Assembly: GCA_031419475.1 (NCBI GenBank)
Contig: JANOKW010000168.1
Location: forward strand, 1-37,253
Source: Hyphomicrobium sp.
GTDB taxonomy: Bacteria > Pseudomonadota > Alphaproteobacteria > Rhizobiales > Hyphomicrobiaceae
DNA length: 37,253 nucleotides
Direction: 5' to 3'
Shown: piece after piece, positions 30,203 through 37,253 of the stretch
Numbering within the stretch: the stretch's first letter is position 1
Layout of the letters: each line of letters opens with the position of its first letter
Made by a program: the position numbers and the translations under genes
Notes under the pieces: generated by a model
What the model was told of the DNA's origin: nothing
What the model saw: only the letters and a program-made list of their open reading frames with translations
The model's database searches: none

Positions 30203-30643
30203 TTATTTTTTTTCCGTGGCGGCTGCACTTCCGGCTAGACTTTTGAGATACGCAACGATCAGTTTTCGTTTTGCGGCGTCCGGCTGGGCATAAGGCATGC
30301 TGGATCCAGGAACGAACTCTGTCGCATTCGTGATCCATTTGTCGAGTGTCTCTTCATTCCAAACCAAACCAGCGGCTCCAACTTTTTTCAGTGCGTCGGA
30401 GTAGGTTGGAAATTCCGCGAGCGTTGCAGCTGTGCGCCCAAATGCCGTTGCGAGGTTGGGACCCTGCCGGATCTCGCCTTTCGGATCGATGATGTGGCAA
30501 ACGCCACAGCTGTTCAAAAACTGCTTAGCCGCTGCTGCGAGATCTACGGCATCTTCCGCTCGTGCAGATTCAAACGCCGTCACTGAACTCAACAGCGCGA
30601 CGCCCAACGTCAATTTCAACGTCGCCAAGCGGCTGGTGTTCAA
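30203..30643 (-). CDS. Periplasmic class I monoheme cytochrome c
   Basis: Signal peptide, CGVCH, GPNL and PGSSMPY (axial Met). TTG at 30643 follows GGAGG; ATG at 30655 is an alternative start. Confidence 0.9.
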   Translation of the reverse strand: MNTSRLATLKLTLGVALLSSVTAFESARAEDAVDLAAAAKQFLNSCGVCHIIDPKGEIRQGPNLATAFGRTAATLAEFPTYSDALKKVGAAGLVWNEETLDKWITNATEFVPGSSMPYAQPDAAKRKLIVAYLKSLAGSAAATEKK

Positions 30644-30797
30644 TGCCCCCTCCATGCAAGTAAAAACGTGCCCCGATTACGCCCCTATTACGCTATGGGC
30701 GTTGACACGCGAAGGGTAGTATTTCGGTACTACATCAATGAAATGAGCATTGTAGCAGCGTTTGGAACACATCGCGCTAGCTGCTAGCCGAGCCCAA

Positions 30798-31136
30798 TCA
30801 TTCGGCAGCGACGAGGCCACTGGCCACCAGTTTGCGCGGCTGCTCGCGCAACAACACCTGGGCATCCGGGCGGCCGCGAATCTCCGAGACATACGTCAGA
30901 CACGCACATCGCAAAAGCGAAGTGAAATTGTGCGCGTCGCCCGAGAGCAAAAGAACTTCATCGTGCAACTCAGTGAGAAAGCGCCCGAGGGGCAATTTGC
31001 GCTCAGCGGCAATTTCTTCGAGTATGTCCCAAAATGCCGCCTCAAGCTTTATGCTGGTGGCATGACCGCCAAGGCGGACTGATCGGGTGTGATACGCGAA
31101 CGACTGAGCCGGCTGGCTGGAAAGTATCCGGCACAT
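30798..31136 (-). CDS. Ribbon-helix-helix domain protein (RHH_4-like), putative regulator
   Basis: TRSVRLGGHATSIKLEAAFWDILEEIA...NFTSLLR. ATG at 31136 follows GGAGG. Confidence 0.85.
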   Translation of the reverse strand: MCRILSSQPAQSFAYHTRSVRLGGHATSIKLEAAFWDILEEIAAERKLPLGRFLTELHDEVLLLSGDAHNFTSLLRCACLTYVSEIRGRPDAQVLLREQPRKLVASGLVAAE

Positions 31137-31566
31137 AGGAACCTCCAAAGAGTGATCACACTGACCCTATACGACTGCAACAGGATCGCAATCCAACTTT
31201 TTTGTTTTTTGGGGAAGCTATGAACGCTTTTCCGGCACATATAGGATTCATGTTTTCGGAGCTTTCGGATATTGCGATGCAACAAAGCCAGTGCCTATGG
31301 CTCAAGCGTAGGGTCAGTACCGCAGGCACCGGAAAGCACGACTCCTGTGTTAACCGAAAAAATAGATTGGGCGTGTCCGATACGAACAAATCTAAAGCGA
31401 TGGCGCTCTAAAAAAACGCGGCCGCGCTTCGGATCAAGCTCAATGAGCCTGAGGAGCGCGGCCGCGATGGGTGTCCCAGATACGCGAAACTTCATTCCGG
31501 GTGTCCTCAAACACTTAAACTGAAAATGATTGCCACAAAGCAAACGAAAGCGACGTGTGCCGCACT

Positions 31567-32466
31567 TTATTCCCGGGGTTTTCCAAATGGCGATAGCAGC
31601 CACGCCATGAGCGGCACAGAAACCGGGTGTGGCAGCAGCCTCAGCGCAACAAGCGCCAAGCGATTAATAATTCCGGGAACAATGACGCGCTGCCCGAGTC
31701 TGAAGCTCCGGTAGGCCGCGCGTGCCACCTTTTCTGGTGTCTGAGCGGGGAGTACCCAGCGATAGCGCGCGCCCTCGGCCCCCATATCCTGGTGAAAAGA
31801 CGTATTGACGGGGCCCGGCACCAACACGGCAATGCGCACGCCTTCGCCGGCCGTTTCGGCGGCCACGGCCTCCGTCAGAGACAAGACATAAGCCTTGCTT
31901 GCGTAGTAAGCGGCTTGATAGGGGCCGGGCACGCCGCCGCCGAGCGACGCGACATTGAGAATTCCGCCGCGCCTACGTTTGCGAAGCGATGGGAGAACGT
32001 GACGCGTCAATCGCGTCAAAGCCCGGATATTGAGGTCAATCAGGCCATCAATGTCATCGGGCTTCATGTGCGCAAACGAACCTGAAAGACCAACACCGGC
32101 ATTGTTGATCAGCACGTCAATGTAGAAACCCTGTGCCGCGAGTGCCTTCTCAATGTCTTCCGGAGCGTTGGCGCTGGTAATGTCTTGGACAAGCTCAACA
32201 GCCCGCTGGTGCGTTTTTTCAGATATCAGCCGCGCGGCGGCAGTAAGTCCCTCTGCATTACGAGCGACAATCGCCACGTCATGGTGCGCCTCTGCAAATC
32301 GTTTGGCGAGTGCGGCGCCAATGCCGCGCGAACCGCCCGTGACAACAACGATAGGTTTGAGATGCGCGACGGCGGCCCGGGCGTTTTCAACCTCTGTCAG
32401 GACGAACCGCTTGCGGCCAATCCGAAAATCGGCCCAAAAGTCGGCAAGTCGGCCTGCCCCCGGCAT
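31567..32466 (-). CDS. Classical short-chain dehydrogenase/reductase
   Basis: TGGSRGIG, NNAG, NVAS, YYASK and PGPV. Confidence 0.9.
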   Translation of the reverse strand: MPGAGRLADFWADFRIGRKRFVLTEVENARAAVAHLKPIVVVTGGSRGIGAALAKRFAEAHHDVAIVARNAEGLTAAARLISEKTHQRAVELVQDITSANAPEDIEKALAAQGFYIDVLINNAGVGLSGSFAHMKPDDIDGLIDLNIRALTRLTRHVLPSLRKRRRGGILNVASLGGGVPGPYQAAYYASKAYVLSLTEAVAAETAGEGVRIAVLVPGPVNTSFHQDMGAEGARYRWVLPAQTPEKVARAAYRSFRLGQRVIVPGIINRLALVALRLLPHPVSVPLMAWLLSPFGKPRE

Positions 32467-32722
32467 GTCGGATCTCGCAAAGTTACGCTGGGATCAGGCG
32501 GCGTGAAGCGCGTGAACCTTGTCCCGCAGCGACGTCGGCCCAGCCGTTGCTGGTTCTGTAGCATGCCACAGATCGTATTGCTTCAGCCAGCCAGTAGCAT
32601 GTGCGCTGCTGGGACCAATGATGTTGTGCTGTCCAACTCATTTCGCAATTTAAAATTTGGCTGAGTTTTACGCCGCCCGCGGACTGGGGACGGGGGAATG
32701 GGGACGCTGCGGACAAAACTCT

Positions 32723-32742
32723 AAGGGGTGTTCCCACCCCCC
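32723..32742 (-). terminator. GNRA-tetraloop hairpin after the groEL-like gene, probable terminator
   Basis: The minus strand reads GGGGTG-GGAA-CACCCC followed by TTAGAGTTTT, about 30 nt after the stop codon. Confidence 0.6.
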
Positions 32743-32769
32743 AGTGCCCTGCAAGGCTTTAGTAACAGC

Positions 32770-34407
32770 TCAATCGAGCCCAAGGCGTTCCGCCCCGCCG
32801 CCGAGTGCCGGACCAGCTGTCGGATCGTAGTCATCCGGCTTTTTCGCAACCAGCGTTTGCGTGGTTAAGATCAACCCGGCAACAGACGCGGCGTTGCGAA
32901 GCGCCGTGTAGCTGACTTTGACTGGATCGATGACGCCAGCTTCGATGAGATCGACCTCTTTGCCAGTGCGGGCATCCAGCCCGATGCCATTTTTAGCTTT
33001 GGAGATTTTCTCGACCTGTTTGTCGCCGTCCAACCCTCTGTTCGACGCGATCTTTGCCAACGGTCTCGATAGGGCACGCTGGACCAGCTTTGCGCCCTGG
33101 CGCGTACTGTCTTCCAGGTTCTTGATCAGCTTGTCGAGTGCAGGCGCGGCCCTGAGCAAAGCAACACCGCCGCCCGGGACCACTCCTTCTTCGATTGCGG
33201 CCCGCGTCGCGTTGATCGAGTCTTCGATCAGCTGTGCCCGGCGCCGCTGTTCGACAGGGGTTGCGCCGCCCGCCAGTATGATGGCTTTACCGCCTGAAAG
33301 TTTGGCCATCCGTTCGGCGAATTTATCGCGCTCGACGTTCTCGGGCGCAGCCTCATACTGGGTTTGCACCTGTTCGCGGCGCGCGGTTATTTTGTCTGGC
33401 TTGCCGTGGCCCTTGGTAATGATCGTTGCGTCCGACGAAATGCGGATTTGGTCGGCGCCGCCGAGATCGCTAAGTTCCACAGCATCGAGCTTGCCGCCAA
33501 GATCGCGGGCAATCACTTTGCCGCCTGTCATGATCGCTATGTCATCCATCATGGCTTTGCGCCAATGGCCATAATCCGGCGGATAAACGGATGCAAAGAT
33601 TTGGCGGGTCTTTTCGCGCCGGGTGAGAAGATCGACAATACAAGCAGGCGACAACTCTTCGGCCAAAATGAGCAATGGCCGGCCGCTCTTTTCAATCAAC
33701 TTGTAGACTGCCGACAATTGATCGGGCGTTTGGATTTTTTGGTCGGTCAAGAGGATATAGGGATTGTCCAGGACGACGTGCATCTTCTCGACATCTGTCA
33801 CCATGTGGTGAGAAAGATAGCCGCGATCGAACGACATTCCTTCAGTCACATCCAGGATGGTCTCGACGCCGATCCCGTACTGGACATCGACGATACCTTG
33901 TGGTCCGGCCCTCTCAAAAGCTTCCGCGACCATGGCGCCGAGCACTGGGTCGTTCGCCGCAATGCTGGCAATGGCGAGCCGTCCGGCACTACCCTGAAGC
34001 GGCTTTGCTGCTTTCTTGAGGTGTTCGATCGTCTCAGCGACGGCAAGTTCCATTCCGTTCACGAGTTCAACCGGATTTGCGCCTTTGGCAAGACACTTCA
34101 AACCGTCTTGAACCAGCGCGTCGGCGAGTACTGTCGCCGTCGTCGTGCCATCGCCCGCAACCTCATTGGTCTGGCGTGCGACTTCGCGCAAGATTTGCGC
34201 ACCCATGTTTTCAAATGGGCACTCAAGTTCGATTTCTTCCGCAATGCTGACGCCGTCGCGCGAGACCATCGGCGAGCCGGTTGGCCGATCCATAATTGCG
34301 TTCATGCCGCGGGGACCGAGCGTTCCGCCAACAGCGCGCGCGAGTTTAGCCACGCCGCGGCCAAGAGCTTCGCGCGCGGCTTCGTCATGAATCATCATTT
34401 TGGGCAT
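32770..34407 (-). CDS. groEL: GroEL-like chaperonin dedicated to the monooxygenase (PrmG/MimG-type)
   Basis: TLGPRG, AGDGTTTA, GMSFDRGY, EEGVVPGGG and GVIDPVKV. No GGM tail and no adjacent groES. Real start MPKMM at 34407; the ORF-track extension to 34743 overlaps the upstream gene. Confidence 0.9.
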   Translation of the reverse strand: MPKMMIHDEAAREALGRGVAKLARAVGGTLGPRGMNAIMDRPTGSPMVSRDGVSIAEEIELECPFENMGAQILREVARQTNEVAGDGTTTATVLADALVQDGLKCLAKGANPVELVNGMELAVAETIEHLKKAAKPLQGSAGRLAIASIAANDPVLGAMVAEAFERAGPQGIVDVQYGIGVETILDVTEGMSFDRGYLSHHMVTDVEKMHVVLDNPYILLTDQKIQTPDQLSAVYKLIEKSGRPLLILAEELSPACIVDLLTRREKTRQIFASVYPPDYGHWRKAMMDDIAIMTGGKVIARDLGGKLDAVELSDLGGADQIRISSDATIITKGHGKPDKITARREQVQTQYEAAPENVERDKFAERMAKLSGGKAIILAGGATPVEQRRRAQLIEDSINATRAAIEEGVVPGGGVALLRAAPALDKLIKNLEDSTRQGAKLVQRALSRPLAKIASNRGLDGDKQVEKISKAKNGIGLDARTGKEVDLIEAGVIDPVKVSYTALRNAASVAGLILTTQTLVAKKPDDYDPTAGPALGGGAERLGLD

Positions 34408-34425
34408 GGCGCGTACTTTCGGTTT

Positions 34426-34449
34426 CTTGGGTGTTGTCTTGGGTGTTGT
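34426..34449. repeat. 12-bp tandem repeat CTTGGGTGTTGT x2 in the DUF59-groEL spacer
   Basis: Read directly from the sequence. Confidence 0.7.
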
Positions 34450-34462
34450 TAAGTTGGTGCCG

Positions 34463-35242
34463 TTATGATTCGACGGCCACTGGGCGCGGATGGCAGACGT
34501 GACCATTCTTTTTGACCAGCGGCGTCGTCGTGTCGAAGCGGGCTTCAAGTAACCCGCGGCACAAAGCGCCGTTGAATTCAGCGTTGGCTCGCACGCGGCG
34601 CAACGCCAACATATAGCCAGGCAAACTCCCGGGTTCCAGAGGCTGTCCCCCGGTGGTGACGAAGGCCAAGGTTTCATGCGAATAGGGTCCAACGACGGCG
34701 CGGCGCTCTTTATAGCGCACGATGAGCTTTTGGCCTTCTCCATTTGCGGCGGCGCTGTGCGTTTCGAGTTCGCCCATCGTGAGGGTGGAAATGTCCTCGG
34801 CCGAGGCCTCGTTGCTCATCAAGTGCTTAATCAGTGCCTCTTGGCGGCGCTGAAAAGCCTTGACCAGGAAGGTGCGGCGCACGTCGTCGAGATTACCGTC
34901 CGCCTCGTCTCCGAACGTTGCTTGGAACGATAGCCCATTGGCGACGCCGTGATTGATCTTATCGGCGTACATGTGTTCGCCGAGGACTATATTCGTGTCT
35001 TTTACCCACGGCAAAGTGCGCAAGGCTGTGCGCATATCGTCCGCCATGAGAAACGCAAAATTCGCCGCACACCAATATGTGGGCAGCCGAAAGTCGATGT
35101 GCACGCAATCGCTTGCGTCCACATCGACCCTTGAGATGAACTTCATGTCCGTGACAGATTCGTCGAGTTCGGGATCGACGACGGTAGCAAGCTGACGCCA
35201 GACTTCTTCACTTTTATTCACGCGCTGCTCCGTGCCGTCCAC
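34463..35242 (-). CDS. DUF59 / Fe-S assembly-domain protein of SDIMO clusters
   Basis: VVDPELDESV...FRLPTYWCAANFAFLM and C-terminal NGALCRGLL. GTG at 35242 follows GGGAG. Confidence 0.85.
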   Translation of the reverse strand: MDGTEQRVNKSEEVWRQLATVVDPELDESVTDMKFISRVDVDASDCVHIDFRLPTYWCAANFAFLMADDMRTALRTLPWVKDTNIVLGEHMYADKINHGVANGLSFQATFGDEADGNLDDVRRTFLVKAFQRRQEALIKHLMSNEASAEDISTLTMGELETHSAAANGEGQKLIVRYKERRAVVGPYSHETLAFVTTGGQPLEPGSLPGYMLALRRVRANAEFNGALCRGLLEARFDTTTPLVKKNGHVCHPRPVAVES

Positions 35243-35270
35243 CTTCAAACTCCCTGTGCCGAAAGAACCG

Positions 35271-36290
35271 TTAGGCTGCCTCTGCAACCGCACCGGTCCA
35301 AAGTTTCTTCTTCTGAGCTTCGATGTCGATGCCGTAAAGGCGCGCCGCGTTGAGACCTAGAATCTTCTTCTTGGCTTGAAGATTCAGGGACACGCCCGTT
35401 TCCTTGGCGACATCGTCCGGCAATTCGAATGCCATAAATTTGTCGATGATCCACTTCGGCGTCCAGATGCCATAGTCGCTGCCGTAAAGCAGCTTGTCTT
35501 CACCAAGCCAGAATAAGAGCTCAGAGATGACGTGGGCAAAATATCCGGGCCGACTGTGAATGAACGGCAACGCGACCGCCAAACCGCCAAACACGTTCGT
35601 TTCCTGTGTGGCGATCCAGCAGAAATCGTCGAGGCGCGGCAAGCCGCAATGTTCAACAATAAAATTCAAGCCCTGAAACGATGTCGCCACATCGTCTACG
35701 TCGCCGACATCAAAGGCATCCTTGTTCAGAGGGATGATCGTCGGGCCCTTGTGCACGTGAATGTTCTTGATGCCGAGCTTTTCGGCGGCTTCTAGAAACT
35801 TATAGCAGTCTTTATCGGACAGCTTGTAGCCTTTCGATTCGCCTTTCCATTCGGCGGTGTAGAGCTTGACGCCCTTGATTTGATACTTTTCAACTTGCTC
35901 GTGGAGATGCTCAAGGCCCTTCGTGCCGTCACGCGGATCAAACGCCCCATTGAGAATGAAGCGATCAGGGTGGCTCTTTTTCATGGCGTAGTTGCGTTCA
36001 GTCGTGTTGAAGCCGTTGTGATAAAAATCACCCAGATATGTCGGCTGCAGAATGGCCATGTCGTCGTAACCACGCACAAACAGATCGTCGTACATCGTTT
36101 GCGCGTCGTATTTCTCGAATTTTTCTTTTGGCCAAACCTCTTCCTTGGGGCTAAGGCCGCTGTGATACGCATAGAAGCAATCGATGAACTGCTTGCCGTG
36201 AATGTTTTTCTGATTCGCAGGGCTTCCATCCCAGAAGTGGGTGTGCCCATCAATGACGAAGATTTCCTCGCCGCTTGCCGTTTTGTACAT
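35271..36290 (-). CDS. Amidohydrolase-family (Amidohydro_2) protein of propane monooxygenase clusters
   Basis: IDGHTH, GVKLY, HVHKGP, VEHCG and YGSDY. Confidence 0.9.
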   Translation of the reverse strand: MYKTASGEEIFVIDGHTHFWDGSPANQKNIHGKQFIDCFYAYHSGLSPKEEVWPKEKFEKYDAQTMYDDLFVRGYDDMAILQPTYLGDFYHNGFNTTERNYAMKKSHPDRFILNGAFDPRDGTKGLEHLHEQVEKYQIKGVKLYTAEWKGESKGYKLSDKDCYKFLEAAEKLGIKNIHVHKGPTIIPLNKDAFDVGDVDDVATSFQGLNFIVEHCGLPRLDDFCWIATQETNVFGGLAVALPFIHSRPGYFAHVISELLFWLGEDKLLYGSDYGIWTPKWIIDKFMAFELPDDVAKETGVSLNLQAKKKILGLNAARLYGIDIEAQKKKLWTGAVAEAA

Positions 36291-36392
36291 GGGTCGCTTC
36301 CTCGATGATTTTGTTTTTTCTTTGCAGCTTTATCTTGCGAAGCGGTACGTCCGTTTCCACCGCCGCTGCGCGTTCTATTGCGTGCAGCAGAT

Positions 36393-36749
36393 TCAGATAT
36401 ACTTCAGAGCGTCATCCATGTTTCCAAACAGGATGACGACATTCTCGTCGATTGTTACCATGCGGCCGTAGTGCGTTGACGTCGAAATCTCGAACGTCTG
36501 GGCCGAGATCGGGCGGCCGAGTGCTTCGCTGATTTCATCCATTTTGAACTCAAGCTTGCCGTTTCCATCGATCCGGATCATTGCCGGCATGTAGGTGACG
36601 GTGACACCCGGCTTGCCGTCCATGACTTCGGCGATTGCGCGGGCTTCGACGCTATCATTCATGGTGACACCGCATTGATGCGAGATCGTGGTATCGAAGC
36701 GGATGTCTTTCATGGTCTTGAAGATATTTGCGGTGTGTTCCTGGCTCAT
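36393..36749 (-). CDS. prmD: Soluble di-iron monooxygenase coupling protein (MmoB/DmpM family)
   Basis: CGVTMNDS...PAMIRIDG...STHYGRMV, characteristic of PrmD/MimD. ATG at 36749 follows AGGA. Confidence 0.9.
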   Translation of the reverse strand: MSQEHTANIFKTMKDIRFDTTISHQCGVTMNDSVEARAIAEVMDGKPGVTVTYMPAMIRIDGNGKLEFKMDEISEALGRPISAQTFEISTSTHYGRMVTIDENVVILFGNMDDALKYI

Positions 36750-36793
36750 GACTAGATTCCTGTTCCAGATTAATCGGTTCACTTGAGGCGAGG

Positions 36794-37253
36794 TTAGGCG
36801 CTCACCGAGGCCGGCACTTTCAAGCCGGTTTCGTTGGCAATCGCCTGTATTCTATTCTTTGCCTTCGCGAGAGCTTCCAGGAATGACGCAACTTTGACAC
36901 GGGGTTGCGACCAGATTGGCTGCAGCTGGTTTGCGGCCGTCAAGGCGAGATTGACGTGTTTCTCGAACCAGGCATTCATCACTGCCTGATTGTGGGCCGC
37001 GTGTTCCTTGTCATGCGTCAGCATGTGCACGTATTCGACCGTGTTCGCGAGGTTGCGCTCGTAATCGGCTTCAGCGGCTGAGACAACGCTTGGCGTAATG
37101 AAATCGCCTTGGGCTGCCGCCATCTGCATGATGAAGCCGCTGCGGAACAATTCGCCGACGAGCGGCTCGAAGGCCAGGTTCGTCGCCATGTATTGTTCGG
37201 CGTAATCGGTTGAGCCCATGATTTCTTCGATGGCCCGGCGCGTGCCCTGCCAG
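36794..37253 (-). CDS. prmC: Soluble di-iron monooxygenase hydroxylase beta (small) subunit, 5' part outside the window
   Basis: The frame is open to the window edge (WQGTRRAIEEIMGSTDY...). Contains ATNLAFEPLVGELFRSG, AAAQGDFITP and LQPIWSQP, and lies directly upstream of the coupling protein. Symbol follows actinobacterial usage; it is called prmB in some alphaproteobacteria. Confidence 0.88.
   Translation of the reverse strand, partial: WQGTRRAIEEIMGSTDYAEQYMATNLAFEPLVGELFRSGFIMQMAAAQGDFITPSVVSAAEADYERNLANTVEYVHMLTHDKEHAAHNQAVMNAWFEKHVNLALTAANQLQPIWSQPRVKVASFLEALAKAKNRIQAIANETGLKVPASVSA

Noticed and set aside
31282-31296. Sigma54-like site on the minus strand (AGGCAC-N5-TTGT)
   Set aside because: Lacks the conserved -12 GC.
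33364-34452. 362-aa plus-strand ORF
   Set aside because: Antisense shadow of the groEL-like gene, with no recognisable motifs.
34408-34743. 112-aa N-terminal extension of GroEL in the ORF track
   Set aside because: Overlaps the DUF59 gene in another frame; GroEL similarity begins at MPKMM (34407).
36393-37253. Soluble methane monooxygenase (mmoY/mmoB) assignment
   Set aside because: No gamma subunit, mmoD or reductase follows the coupling protein. The amidohydrolase-DUF59-GroEL context and sequence motifs fit the propane monooxygenase group.
1-37253. tRNA, rRNA, CRISPR array or prophage genes
   Set aside because: None recognised; intergenic regions are short and show no repeat-spacer pattern.

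Overview
Alphaproteobacterial chromosomal window, probably Hyphomicrobiales/Rhizobiales (inferred from gene content and synteny), with three blocks. (1) About 1-20,000 is an accessory surface-glycan locus. It holds a 5'-truncated OafA-type acyltransferase next to a probable IS end, a TylF methyltransferase, a ~1,315-aa methyltransferase/coiled-coil/GT2/GT4 fusion, a sulfotransferase with a co-located CysD/CysNC PAPS supply, GT4 and GT2 enzymes, an orphan Wzt-type ABC ATPase, rfbB, a complete GDP-D-glycero-alpha-D-manno-heptose pathway (hddA, gmhA, fused hddC-gmhB) and two more methyltransferases. (2) About 20,000-27,900 is core genome: gpsA-tsaD divergent from hemC-hemD-Mic60/COG4223-HemY_N. 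(3) About 27,900-37,253, all on the minus strand, is the 3' half of a propane-monooxygenase-type (group 5) soluble di-iron monooxygenase cluster: beta subunit, coupling protein, amidohydrolase, DUF59 protein and a dedicated GroEL. It is followed by an SDR and an RHH / cytochrome c / Tat subunit / GMC dehydrogenase module. Together these suggest a propane/acetone/acetol oxidation system. All calls come from reading motifs by eye; no database searches were run.
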